Source of the DNA: a virus
Taxonomy: Duplodnaviria; Caudoviricetes
IMG/VR virus record: IMGVR_UViG_3300025892_000008
Reading direction: 5' to 3' (one strand)
DNA length: 64,000 bases
The position numbers were made by a program, and so were the translations under genes. The notes beneath the pieces are model-generated. The model searched no databases. It saw nothing but the letters and a program-made list of their open reading frames with translations, and was not told where the DNA came from. Positions 42,479 to 51,387 of this stretch are shown piece after piece; position 1 is the stretch's first letter; every line of letters begins with the position of its first letter.

Positions 42479-43663
42479 GTGAAGATAGGATTTATTGGAT
42501 TAGGTAAATTAGGATTGCCATGTGCAGAAGTAATTGCTAAAAAAGGACATAGTGTACTAGGTTATGATATTGATACAGTACATAGTGATTATGTAATTGT
42601 AGAAGATACTATACAAGATGCAGTAAAGGATAGAGATATTGTGTTTGTTGCTGTTCCTACACCACATGATCCTAATTATGATGGTAGAGCACCTACAGCA
42701 CATTTAGAACCAAAAGATTTTTCATACGATATTGTTCATAGTGTCCTTAAAGAAGCAAATAAGCATATGAATAAAGACCAATTGCTTGTGCTTATTAGCA
42801 CAGTATTGCCAGGTACAGTACGCAGAGAATTTATACAACACATTACTAATACACGGTTTGTTTACAATCCATACTTAATTGCAATGGGAACTGTTGCTTG
42901 GGATATGGTAAATCCGGATATAGTAATGATAGGAACACATGACGGAAGTGCTACAGGCGATGCTATCGAACTTGTAAGATTTTATCACACAATAATGGAA
43001 AACAATCCTAAGTATGAAATTGGAACTTGGGACGAATGTGAATGTATAAAAGTATTCTACAATACATTTATTTCAACTAAGATTGGATTAGTAAACATGA
43101 TGCAAGATGTTGCTGAGCGACAAGGTAATATAAATGTTGACAAAGTTACTGATGCATTATCTAACTCTACAAAAAGAATTACTAGTTCTGCATATATGAA
43201 AGCAGGAATGGGAGATGGCGGCGCATGCCATCCTAGAGATAATATAGCATTACGCTATATGGCTAAAAAATTAGATTTAGGTTATGATATCTTTGATGCA
43301 ATTATGAATGCTAGAGAAGTACAAGCACAAAATATTGCAACCAAACTCTGTGAAATTGCAAAAGAAAAAGAACTTCCTATTTTAATAAATGGTATTGCTT
43401 ATAAACCAGGTGTGCCTTATGTTGACGGAAGTTATGCATTACTAGTTTCACAATACTGTCACGAATACGGATTTAATCCAATGAAAATTGATCCATTAGT
43501 ATATGGACCTGACAAAGGACCTTATAGAGCAGTAGTTCTTCTTGCGCATCCAGAAATGTATATTGATGTTACTAATGATAGTGTTGTAGTTGATCCATGG
43601 AGAGAACATACTTCGGATACATACGAAGTTGTACATTACGGTAATACTAGAGAATCTTCTTAG
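42479..43663 (+). CDS. ugd: UDP-glucose/GDP-mannose 6-dehydrogenase family protein
   Basis: Rossmann GFIGLGKLGLP, FVAVPTP, ISTVLPGT, YNP, KVFYNTFISTKI, GMGDGGACHPRD (catalytic Cys), GIAYKP. Substrate specificity not determined. Confidence 0.85.
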   Translation: MKIGFIGLGKLGLPCAEVIAKKGHSVLGYDIDTVHSDYVIVEDTIQDAVKDRDIVFVAVPTPHDPNYDGRAPTAHLEPKDFSYDIVHSVLKEANKHMNKDQLLVLISTVLPGTVRREFIQHITNTRFVYNPYLIAMGTVAWDMVNPDIVMIGTHDGSATGDAIELVRFYHTIMENNPKYEIGTWDECECIKVFYNTFISTKIGLVNMMQDVAERQGNINVDKVTDALSNSTKRITSSAYMKAGMGDGGACHPRDNIALRYMAKKLDLGYDIFDAIMNAREVQAQNIATKLCEIAKEKELPILINGIAYKPGVPYVDGSYALLVSQYCHEYGFNPMKIDPLVYGPDKGPYRAVVLLAHPEMYIDVTNDSVVVDPWREHTSDTYEVVHYGNTRESS

Positions 43664-43952
43664 TCTTTTTTGCTATATCGGCTTTTAATAAACCAACATC
43701 TATTTTAAAATCTAAATTTTTGATTGTGTCTTTATACTCAGTCAAGGAGTTTAATAACTTTTTTGCAACATTATCTGGGTCGTCATTTTCCAGTTGTTGT
43801 TTGACATTGATTTCCCAGATACGTCCATCTGTAAATTCAATAATCATCTTCTCGACATAAGCAACCGGCATGGTGTCCATATATAAATCTTTGAACACCT
43901 CCGGCCACTCGTCTACTAGATGTTTAGGCGGCTTGAAGTAATGCCTATGCAC
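43647..43952 (-). CDS. Hypothetical protein
   Basis: Last gene of the minus block, GTG start, overlaps the ugd stop convergently. Confidence 0.65.
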   Translation of the reverse strand: MHRHYFKPPKHLVDEWPEVFKDLYMDTMPVAYVEKMIIEFTDGRIWEINVKQQLENDDPDNVAKKLLNSLTEYKDTIKNLDFKIDVGLLKADIAKKTKKIL

Positions 43953-43956
43953 TTGT

Positions 43957-44589
43957 TTATGCTTCTGCTTCTACTTTTGCCTTAGAAGTTTTCTTCTTAG
44001 GCGGATCTAATTCGTCTGCTTGTCTACGTAATTGTGCTGCTTCTTTATACATAGCATCTGCTTGACTACGATATGATTTTGCAAGATCTGAATCAGATAA
44101 TACACCATCCGTTTTAGGAGCCGCTATTGGCTCTTGGCTTGGTGTGCTTTCTGGTACTGTAGTTTGTGCTGCTACTTGTTCTTTTGTCGGAGCACCACTT
44201 ACTAGTGTATATAACTCATCTACAGACATACCTTTTTGCTCTGCAATTAAAGTATTTAATTGTGCAAGATTAACTTCGGATGTCGGTGTAGGAGTCATTG
44301 TTACATTATCAGTAGGAACTTTTCTTAAACGTCCTTCACTTTGCATTGCTTGTAGCATTGGTCTTCCGTCTGAAAAAGTTCTAGAGAACATTAATTCTCC
44401 TAGTTCATTTGTTTGTTGTGCTTGATCGGAATCGATCATAGCCATCAACGAATCATGAATCTCATCTTTCAGTGTTGCAGTTTGCAATACTAAAGCATTA
44501 TTCGATTCTCCCGGAACTGTTCTAAATACTACAGCAACTTTGTCGCCTGTATTTTTCAGTTTTCCTACGTGTTTGATTTCTTTAGCCAT
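43957..44589 (-). CDS. Hypothetical protein with C-terminal coiled coil
   Basis: Tightly packed ORF; C-terminal YRSQADAMYKEAAQLRRQADEL. Confidence 0.75.
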   Translation of the reverse strand: MAKEIKHVGKLKNTGDKVAVVFRTVPGESNNALVLQTATLKDEIHDSLMAMIDSDQAQQTNELGELMFSRTFSDGRPMLQAMQSEGRLRKVPTDNVTMTPTPTSEVNLAQLNTLIAEQKGMSVDELYTLVSGAPTKEQVAAQTTVPESTPSQEPIAAPKTDGVLSDSDLAKSYRSQADAMYKEAAQLRRQADELDPPKKKTSKAKVEAEA

Positions 44590-44592
44590 AAT

Positions 44593-44889
44593 TTACTTCC
44601 CTTGTGTTTGTTGTTCTTGTTGCTGCTTAGATACATGATCTAAGAACAATGTCAACTTGTTATAAGTTTTACCAACTGCTTCAAGTTCGTTAGCCTTAAA
44701 TGCACCTCTTGTTGTAGCAATATCAATAATGCTTTTTACTGCATTTAGATCACTAATATTAAGATCAGGTGCTGCTGGTGCTTCTTCTACACCAGGCGTT
44801 GGTACTGGACCGCTTACCGGAGCAGCAGTCGCTTCTGTGTTTACTTCTGCTTCAGCAGGAGCATCAGTTTTGTTTACTTCTTCAGCCAT
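44593..44889 (-). CDS. Hypothetical protein
   Basis: SD AGGAG; Ala/Glu/Pro-rich N-terminus followed by a helical domain. Confidence 0.75.
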   Translation of the reverse strand: MAEEVNKTDAPAEAEVNTEATAAPVSGPVPTPGVEEAPAAPDLNISDLNAVKSIIDIATTRGAFKANELEAVGKTYNKLTLFLDHVSKQQQEQQTQGK

Positions 44890-44890
44890 T

Positions 44891-45163
44891 CTAGTTTCTC
44901 CTTAAGTATGGGCAAGCCAACATAAAAAATGTCAACTCTTTTTGTTCTTCAAACCCAACAAATGTTGCTGTTTGAAATTTGTCGTTACTTGTTACAGTAG
45001 GGTATGTTAAAACACAATATCTTCCTGCAAGTTTAGATCTAATCCAATTTGTAACATCTCTATAGTTCCTATCTGCACCAGCAATCTTAGTTTTGCAGAA
45101 GTGCGGAGGCATTGTTTCCAATTTTCTAATATTCAAAACATCCAACGGATTTAGTTCTAACAT
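44891..45163 (-). CDS. Hypothetical protein
   Basis: 90-aa ORF that fits the gene packing. Confidence 0.7.
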   Translation of the reverse strand: MLELNPLDVLNIRKLETMPPHFCKTKIAGADRNYRDVTNWIRSKLAGRYCVLTYPTVTSNDKFQTATFVGFEEQKELTFFMLACPYLRRN

Positions 45164-45168
45164 AAAAT

Positions 45169-45174
45169 TATTTA
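45169..45174 (-). promoter_or_regulatory. TAAATA promoter core, 5 nt before ATG 45163
   Basis: Minus strand reads TAAATA-ATTTT-ATG with no SD. Confidence 0.55.
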
Positions 45175-45190
45175 TTAACTGCTACTATAA

Positions 45191-45586
45191 CTATGATGAT
45201 TCTTGGCTTAATCTTTTACTCAAAGCCTTGTTATATCCTAGTTTTTGGACATCTCCACTAAAAAGATATAGTTCAAATGCAGCCTTCTCCTTTAATACTG
45301 ATATTGATCGTTTAGTAATATAATACGGTGAATCTATAAATTTGTCAAGCCATAAAAGTATCTGTGGAGTAATAGAAAAGTCTTTCGGAAAGTCAATCTT
45401 ATAGATTTTGATTTCGGATTCATTCTTAATAAAATCCATTGCTTGGTCTGTTAGTCTTAGTCCACCATCATTTTTAACACGCACATTCCACCACCAATCC
45501 ATTCTTTTGCTCTTTACTAGTTCGGCAGTAATGTCTAATTCAGCGGCTTTTAAAAAAATATTTGTGTAATTGTCTTTAACGTCCAT
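45191..45586 (-). CDS. Hypothetical protein
   Basis: 131-aa ORF in the packed minus block. Confidence 0.7.
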   Translation of the reverse strand: MDVKDNYTNIFLKAAELDITAELVKSKRMDWWWNVRVKNDGGLRLTDQAMDFIKNESEIKIYKIDFPKDFSITPQILLWLDKFIDSPYYITKRSISVLKEKAAFELYLFSGDVQKLGYNKALSKRLSQESS

Positions 45587-45590
45587 TCCA

Positions 45591-45872
45591 CTATTCTTTT
45601 TCTCCAGTGTTTAATTTATATACAGAAAAGTCAGTAGTGTTAAACAGTTTGTTAAGTTTCTTGGCTAAGTTTCTAGCATGACCAGGATTTGAAAATGAAA
45701 CCTTTTTATATTTCGGACCAGGATAACTTGATACAGCACTACCGCTTTTTAAATTAAAAGGCTTGTGTTTATAAAATACAGCCCATATAGCCTCGCTTTC
45801 AAGTATCTGTTCTACTTTATAGGTCTCTCGGTTGGTATGTTCGAGAATGATTTTTGGTTTTGGTCTACTCAT
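45591..45872 (-). CDS. Hypothetical basic protein
   Basis: 93 aa, SD-like AGGA upstream. Confidence 0.7.
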   Translation of the reverse strand: MSRPKPKIILEHTNRETYKVEQILESEAIWAVFYKHKPFNLKSGSAVSSYPGPKYKKVSFSNPGHARNLAKKLNKLFNTTDFSVYKLNTGEKE

Positions 45873-45903
45873 ATATACGTAAATTCCTAATTAACTACGT
45901 ATA

Positions 45904-45909
45904 TATTTA
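45904..45909 (-). promoter_or_regulatory. TAAATA promoter core
   Basis: In the gap upstream of the gene starting at 45872. Confidence 0.5.
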
Positions 45910-45916
45910 TCCTTTT

Positions 45917-46165
45917 TTAGAACTTTCCACCGTCAAATTTAACATCAACTTCGTTAGCAGTCTTGTTTATCTCTTTTAGCAATGTATGTATTTCCGCTAC
46001 TGTAGACCCTAATTTAGTTGTTATTAGTGCAAGTTCTGTAACAAGTGTTCTTGCTTCTTCAATTGTAATACGTATTTCACGTTGCTGTGTTTTTTCAGCA
46101 GACGATACTCGTTGAAGAAGTTTTTGCACTGATGCTAGGTTAGTTGGAATACTATTTGTTGACAC
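45917..46165 (-). CDS. Hypothetical protein
   Basis: 82-aa helical ORF with a GTG start. Confidence 0.65.
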   Translation of the reverse strand: MSTNSIPTNLASVQKLLQRVSSAEKTQQREIRITIEEARTLVTELALITTKLGSTVAEIHTLLKEINKTANEVDVKFDGGKF

Positions 46166-46628
46166 TTGATAATACCTGTTTCATTTCTAAGTCAGTCTTA
46201 AAAGGACCTTTAGATTCATATCTTTGTAGTGTAATAAGTTTAGGACAAAAAGACTTAACCCAACCCTTATCAAACTTAATTACATAGTAACCTGCACAAT
46301 ATAAACTTTTACTATCTTTACTTTTTGTAAACAACGGAAGTTTTTGACGTATATCATACATTGAATTATGCGGAACAGTACTTGATGCATACCCATGTAC
46401 TTCTTTTGGATTTGAATTATCTGCTTCTTTAATAATTTTAGCAATAAAGAAATCGTCACCAAACTCATTTGTTATAACTTTTTTGTTCTTATAAATTTTA
46501 ACACCGTCTTTGTTTTGTAATACAAATTGCGAAAACTCATCTTTTCTTAAAGTTCCAACTCGTTGTCCTTCATCTTCTACAATCCAAAACTTACCTTCAA
46601 GAACTGGTTTTGCTTTTAAAAACGTCAT
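46152..46628 (-). CDS. Hypothetical protein
   Basis: 158-aa ORF whose start overlaps the exonuclease stop. Confidence 0.7.
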   Translation of the reverse strand: MTFLKAKPVLEGKFWIVEDEGQRVGTLRKDEFSQFVLQNKDGVKIYKNKKVITNEFGDDFFIAKIIKEADNSNPKEVHGYASSTVPHNSMYDIRQKLPLFTKSKDSKSLYCAGYYVIKFDKGWVKSFCPKLITLQRYESKGPFKTDLEMKQVLSSVNK

Positions 46629-47617
46629 ACTGTATACCTCGCATTTAACGGCTCAGCATATGCTTGCGCCTGATCTGAAATTTTCTTTAAATCGTATAAG
46701 TGACAAAACTTCATCAACCTTACACCGACTTGGCTTATATTTTTATCTGCATCAATTGCTGTTTTAATTGTGCTTTCAATCTTTTCTTTAATATCTGCAG
46801 GTTGTGCAGTAAGATCAATAATAGTTTTATTACGTTCGTAATCTTCTAGTACACGATGTTCTTCACCGTTATGATCAACCCAACGTTGTAACATTAGGTT
46901 ATTCCAATTAAATCCTTTAGTTTGTCTATCTGCAAATGCTTCAACAAGACCAACTTTGTTCTTAGAGCCTTTTTTGCGTACACCTGGATATGCACTAAAC
47001 ACATTATCACTAGTATCGCCACGCATACATTTCTCAAACAACATCCATTCAGCATCTACAACCTTAGGCAGTTTAGTCTTCTTGTCAATAACTAGTTCGC
47101 CTTTCTTGTCAAAGAAGCCTTCTGGTGTAGTAGTAACTTCTTGCACACCATTATAAAGTCTACAGTTAGGAGCAATTAACTGTTGAAAGTCTGTGTCAGT
47201 ACTAACAATAACATGATCTGCATCTGGGTGTTGCTGTACCCAACCAGCAATTAAATCATCTGCTTCTAGCTCTTTGTGTTGTAATACAGTACAGTTAGTT
47301 TTATCTGTAACAAAATTCTTAAATGTATCAAATGCTTCCCAGAACACAGTATCTTCTTCTTGCTGTTTTTCTGTAAGTGCATCACGAGCAACTTGTCTGT
47401 TACGCTTATAAGGCTCATAATGGTCTTTACGCCAACTACGTCCTTCTAAGCAGAACACAACATGTGAACCGTTAAAGTCTTGCCATGCCTTCTTAATGCT
47501 GTTAAGTGTAATATGAAAAGCCATACCTAACTTAACATCTGCATCACCATTAATTACATGTCTTGCACGAAAGAATGTATTTGCTGTATCAACTATTATA
47601 TGTGTCATTTTACTCAT
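46625..47617 (-). CDS. rnh: 5'-3' exonuclease / T4 RNase H-like (FEN1 superfamily)
   Basis: IIVDTAN, EGRSWRK, ELEADDLIA, VSTDTDFQQL, GDTSDNVFSAYPGV motifs. Confidence 0.85.
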   Translation of the reverse strand: MSKMTHIIVDTANTFFRARHVINGDADVKLGMAFHITLNSIKKAWQDFNGSHVVFCLEGRSWRKDHYEPYKRNRQVARDALTEKQQEEDTVFWEAFDTFKNFVTDKTNCTVLQHKELEADDLIAGWVQQHPDADHVIVSTDTDFQQLIAPNCRLYNGVQEVTTTPEGFFDKKGELVIDKKTKLPKVVDAEWMLFEKCMRGDTSDNVFSAYPGVRKKGSKNKVGLVEAFADRQTKGFNWNNLMLQRWVDHNGEEHRVLEDYERNKTIIDLTAQPADIKEKIESTIKTAIDADKNISQVGVRLMKFCHLYDLKKISDQAQAYAEPLNARYTV

Positions 47618-47964
47618 TTAGCCTTCTTTATGATATCTGGATCTATACTTCCAGTATCTAGTGGTCCTCCGTAGTCACCATCGACTACAACGTTTGCACA
47701 AAGTTCTCGAAACCAACGATCAACAATATCTTCATCCTTGTCACCATCAACTCCATATCCTTGTTGTTTTAATTGTACTATGAAATGGTCGTTCCAGTCA
47801 AGCTCAAAAAAGCCATTTCGGACATTTTCTTTGTTTACATGTGTATTCAATACACCAACCCATGGTTCTTTCTTCATCGTTGCCTTTTGTTTATCACTAA
47901 TTCCAGGCGCAGACACATCAGTATCAGGTTGTTTCTTACTGAACAGTTTCTTTATAAAGTTCAT
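47614..47964 (-). CDS. Hypothetical protein
   Basis: 116-aa ORF with an AAGGA SD. Confidence 0.7.
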   Translation of the reverse strand: MNFIKKLFSKKQPDTDVSAPGISDKQKATMKKEPWVGVLNTHVNKENVRNGFFELDWNDHFIVQLKQQGYGVDGDKDEDIVDRWFRELCANVVVDGDYGGPLDTGSIDPDIIKKAK

Positions 47965-47973
47965 AATTTATCC

Positions 47974-48885
47974 TTATGTTCCGATAGCATTACCAAACAA
48001 GTATACATGTACCCTTGCGGCTACATTATATCCACGTTCGAATGCCATCTTAGCAACTGCTCCGGCTGTTGCTGTTTGTTCTTCTTCTCTAGCACCTACA
48101 GGCATAACCCATACAGGATAATTTACACCTTGTGCCTTAAATTGTGAGATAGCATCTTCCATCTCATCCCACTGTTGTTGTTCGGAACCTACAACAAATT
48201 TTAATTGTCCTATAGACAACTTACTATACTGTGCAACTATCTCAGGCTTAATTGCTTTCTTTGCAGCCTCGCCTGCTACACTCCACAGTTTAGGACTTAC
48301 ACTAAAGAACAGTTCGATTTCGTTATCTGCTTCATAAGTCCAGTAATTAATAAATTCTTGTGTTAATGCTTGTGTACCATTAGTTTCAAATGTAACACTA
48401 GCAGGCATATTGCCCATACTCTTAAACTCACGCATGATACCAATGAATGCTTCTTGTCCGTGCTTCATCAACGGCTCACCACCTGTAACACAAAAGTGTT
48501 GTCTTTGTTGTGTAACAGGATGTAGAAACAAACCTTGTGGATTGCTATCTGTTTTAAGTGTATCAATAATTTGTTGTGCTAGTTCAACAGCAGTCTTTTG
48601 ACCCATTAAGTGTTTAAACTTTTTGCTCCATGTGTAACTACTATCACAGCCTTTGTCCCATACAGGCAAATCTTCTACACGTTTTACAGTTGAAGTATCA
48701 AATGTTTCAAACGGCAAATCATATGTATCAGGATTAGTAGGATCAATCTGACCAAATCCGTTACACTGTAAGTTGCATAAGAAAAACCGTATCCAAGCAG
48801 TAGGCACACCTGTATAGTGTCCTTCACCTTGAATACTGTGAAAGATTTCGCTGTAGTAATATTTCTTATCAGTTGCTATTGTCAT
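47974..48885 (-). CDS. queE: 7-carboxy-7-deazaguanine synthase QueE (radical SAM)
   Basis: SEIFHSIQGEG..TGVP..WIRF..CN..C...CDSSYTW, VTGGEPL, FETNGT, SVSPK, GQLKFVV, RVHVYLFG. Start moved to ATG 48885, downstream of the promoter. Confidence 0.9.
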   Translation of the reverse strand: MTIATDKKYYYSEIFHSIQGEGHYTGVPTAWIRFFLCNLQCNGFGQIDPTNPDTYDLPFETFDTSTVKRVEDLPVWDKGCDSSYTWSKKFKHLMGQKTAVELAQQIIDTLKTDSNPQGLFLHPVTQQRQHFCVTGGEPLMKHGQEAFIGIMREFKSMGNMPASVTFETNGTQALTQEFINYWTYEADNEIELFFSVSPKLWSVAGEAAKKAIKPEIVAQYSKLSIGQLKFVVGSEQQQWDEMEDAISQFKAQGVNYPVWVMPVGAREEEQTATAGAVAKMAFERGYNVAARVHVYLFGNAIGT

Positions 48886-49081
48886 TATGTTTATTATACG
48901 CTTTCTTATTGGATTTGTCAACCTCTTTAGTAAGTGAAAAGGAGCCATCGAAATTGTCTGTCCAAACTAAATCGTCTCCAATATCCCATCCCATTTGGTT
49001 TAGTAACTCAGTGGGAATAGGAAGAACCAAATCCTTCGATTTCGGATCTTCCTTTAATTTGATTTTTTGGGTACTAGTCAC
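48869..49081 (-). CDS. AbrB/MazE-like small DNA-binding protein
   Basis: DLVLPIPTELLNQMGWDIGDDLVW matches the swapped-hairpin pattern. GTG start at 49081 inferred from overlap with the upstream stop. Confidence 0.6.
   Translation of the reverse strand: MTSTQKIKLKEDPKSKDLVLPIPTELLNQMGWDIGDDLVWTDNFDGSFSLTKEVDKSNKKAYNKHNDNSN
48893..48921 (-). promoter_or_regulatory. Sigma70 consensus promoter for queE
   Basis: TTGACA (48921-48916), 17-nt spacer, TATAAT (48898-48893), then 7 nt to the ATG. Confidence 0.85.
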
Positions 49082-49283
49082 CAAAATGCTTGTCCAGCAT
49101 TTCGACTCTATCATGTGCAGTTGCCATTTTATCTAACTCTTTTTGGATAGTTTCGATAATATCGCTATGCTCACCAATTCCTACAACCTGTTGCATGTAT
49201 ACTTCAATATTGGCTTTATGCAGATCAATTTCTGCCTCAGCATGCTTCCTTGCTGCATTGATTAATGTTTGTTTCAATGTCAT
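49074..49283 (-). CDS. Hypothetical protein
   Basis: 69-aa helical ORF with an AAGGA SD. Confidence 0.7.
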   Translation of the reverse strand: MTLKQTLINAARKHAEAEIDLHKANIEVYMQQVVGIGEHSDIIETIQKELDKMATAHDRVEMLDKHFGD

Positions 49284-49663
49284 AACCTTTCCTTATAGTT
49301 TTGTTTTGATGGAATTACGCCGCGAACGCCGCCTCTAGGATTCTCCGTATCGCCATCACGACGGAAAATTAAGTGAACATGTGGATAAAGACAAGTTTGT
49401 CCGGCACTCTTGCCCATATTGATACCCACATTGTAACCTGTAATATTGTTATTCTCTGACTTAATGTTGTCATTACCCATAGTAAGAGCAAAATTAAAAC
49501 ACTTTAAAATGTTTTCTTCTGTATTTTGTCTAGGTACAACAAGTGTATGCCCTTCTGTAACAGGATAGATATCGTTATACACAACAAATTCACGTGTATC
49601 AATCTCGACTTGTTTCCAAGGAGCTCTACCATCTTGTTGTGCTATTTCTAAAGTGTCTGTCAT
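49280..49663 (-). CDS. HIT-family nucleotide hydrolase
   Basis: DIYPVTEGHTLVVPR, YNVGINMGKSAGQT, YPHVHLI (first His of the triad replaced by Tyr). Confidence 0.85.
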   Translation of the reverse strand: MTDTLEIAQQDGRAPWKQVEIDTREFVVYNDIYPVTEGHTLVVPRQNTEENILKCFNFALTMGNDNIKSENNNITGYNVGINMGKSAGQTCLYPHVHLIFRRDGDTENPRGGVRGVIPSKQNYKERL

Positions 49664-49980
49664 TCTTCTAGTCCTGAAACATATTCTTCAAATTCTTCTT
49701 GTCCGTACCATGTTTTAAAATCTTCTTGAAAGTCTTCGTCTTCTTGAGCATAGTGCCAAATCACATCTTGTTGATCTTGCGGAAGTCCATTAAACTCAGA
49801 ACGGAAATACCCTGCTTGTTCATAAGAAGCGTCTTCTCTTGCTTCTTCAGCACGACCCCAATCTTCTTCATCATCGCTATCGCCAATTTCATCTGCTTCT
49901 GACCAACTATCATATGCCATTGAATGTGCTTCTTCATTTATATCACTGATGATAGTGTGTGCCTCTTCTTTAGTTAACAT
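49660..49980 (-). CDS. Highly acidic small protein
   Basis: ATG 49980 with an AAGGAG SD; 35 Asp/Glu against 5 Lys/Arg in 106 aa by my count. Confidence 0.75.
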   Translation of the reverse strand: MLTKEEAHTIISDINEEAHSMAYDSWSEADEIGDSDDEEDWGRAEEAREDASYEQAGYFRSEFNGLPQDQQDVIWHYAQEDEDFQEDFKTWYGQEEFEEYVSGLEE

Positions 49981-50128
49981 TATTAATGTACTCCTTAATG
50001 TACCATTCTTTAAATTCTGGATTATCGTTAAAAATAGCAACTACTTCAGGAGCAGAAATTTGTTCAGATCTAATACATACTGCTACACTTTTCCAATCTT
50101 CTTTATCGTAAATTACTTTTATTGTCAT
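49970..50128 (-). CDS. Small hypothetical protein (52 aa, absent from the ORF track)
   Basis: MTIKVIYDKEDWKSVAVCIRSEQISAPEVVAIFNDNPEFKEWYIKEYINNVN; TAATG coupling with the upstream gene; fills the gap exactly. Confidence 0.65.
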   Translation of the reverse strand: MTIKVIYDKEDWKSVAVCIRSEQISAPEVVAIFNDNPEFKEWYIKEYINNVN

Positions 50129-50358
50129 TAAAATCCTCTACCTTTGTTAATTTGAAATATTCTAGGACCAGGTGTTGTAAATTCAAACCCCATCTTATTA
50201 CCAACATAAACTCTACCGTTATATTCCATATGTATTTTATTTGTTGCTAGAAAGATATCTAGAAACTCTTTTTCTTTAAATCTATCAACTTCTGCCTCTG
50301 CTACTTTGTCATTATCTGTGCAAGTAACTGTGCATACATTATCATGTCCTGTTGGCAT
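50128..50358 (-). CDS. Hypothetical protein
   Basis: ATG 50358 coupled to the PRTase stop. Confidence 0.65.
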   Translation of the reverse strand: MPTGHDNVCTVTCTDNDKVAEAEVDRFKEKEFLDIFLATNKIHMEYNGRVYVGNKMGFEFTTPGPRIFQINKGRGF

Positions 50359-50915
50359 TAATACTCTCCTACATTTTCCCAAGGATAAACTAACCAAACA
50401 TCTTCCTCAGATTTATTAACTTCATCACAATAGTAATTAACTAAACCAAATTCGCTTGATAAGTTTTCTGTTAATACTGCAAAGCGAACATTATCTCCCC
50501 ATGCTTGATCCCATATAGGCGATTGAGGTAAACAACTGGATTTCCAATCATCTCTAATCCAGTTAAATGTTGCACCAGTATCATTTATATCATCTACAAT
50601 AAGAATGTTTTTGCAATTAGTATCGTGTTTAAACTGCCCCATCTCAGGAGCATAGTCTCCACTATCATCGTAACCATATGCATCTTCGGCCATCCAACAG
50701 TTGCTTTCACTTTCACTAGTATCATCACGTAGACTTACTTTAATCGCTTCGCAACGTATGCCAGTCATGTTACTAATAATAGTAGCAGGAACATTACCAC
50801 CACGTGTAATACCTACAATGTAATCAGGCTTCCAGTTGTCAGCATACATTTTGTTTACAATATTAACGCACATTTTTTCTACGTCAGCCCAACTATAATA
50901 TTTCTTTTTAATCAT
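50358..50915 (-). CDS. Purine phosphoribosyltransferase (Gpt/Hpt-like)
   Basis: IVGITRGG..PA and the PRPP-binding loop ILIVDDINDTGAT; C-terminal WLVYPWE. Confidence 0.85.
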   Translation of the reverse strand: MIKKKYYSWADVEKMCVNIVNKMYADNWKPDYIVGITRGGNVPATIISNMTGIRCEAIKVSLRDDTSESESNCWMAEDAYGYDDSGDYAPEMGQFKHDTNCKNILIVDDINDTGATFNWIRDDWKSSCLPQSPIWDQAWGDNVRFAVLTENLSSEFGLVNYYCDEVNKSEEDVWLVYPWENVGEY

Positions 50916-51387
50916 TGCGTCCTTCCAAATATTTTTCATTATGTACCCAACGGTATCCTAATGTTTTTACAAAAGGTAAAAAGCCCCATTCCTTTTGTTT
51001 CTTGCCCATATAGAACAAACTCCAACAAGGAATCTCTTTACCGTCTTTATCTTCCTTAAGTTTTAGGTAATGCAGATCATCTGATGATCTAAACCTAAAA
51101 TGCCCAGGCCCACGCCATCTTGCTGTGGCTCCTACTACGTTACCTTCTTGACTATAACAAGGAATGTATTCATAGTATCCGCCTTTTAAAATAAGTGTTG
51201 CATACGACCACGGATGATCGTGTAGTACTGACTCATCACTTACCATAACTTTGTGTAGTGTTATGTTAAAAGGAAAGTTCTTTCGTTCCTTTAAAAACAA
51301 ATAATAACGATCAAGATAAGGTATTTTACCATCTCTATCGTATATAGTTCTTTTTCTACCTAACTTATCAAGCAGTTTCAACAACAT
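50908..51387 (-). CDS. Cupin-like hypothetical protein
   Basis: LHDHPWSYATLILKGGYYE ... DLHYL metal-binding cupin-type pattern. Confidence 0.55.
   Translation of the reverse strand: MLLKLLDKLGRKRTIYDRDGKIPYLDRYYLFLKERKNFPFNITLHKVMVSDESVLHDHPWSYATLILKGGYYEYIPCYSQEGNVVGATARWRGPGHFRFRSSDDLHYLKLKEDKDGKEIPCWSLFYMGKKQKEWGFLPFVKTLGYRWVHNEKYLEGRND

Noticed and set aside
489-43663. The many minus-strand ORFs (60-223 aa) and short alternative-frame ORFs listed in the track inside the plus-strand block
   Set aside because: They lie within long, motif-bearing sense genes, lack RBS or promoter context, and have the composition expected of antisense shadows.
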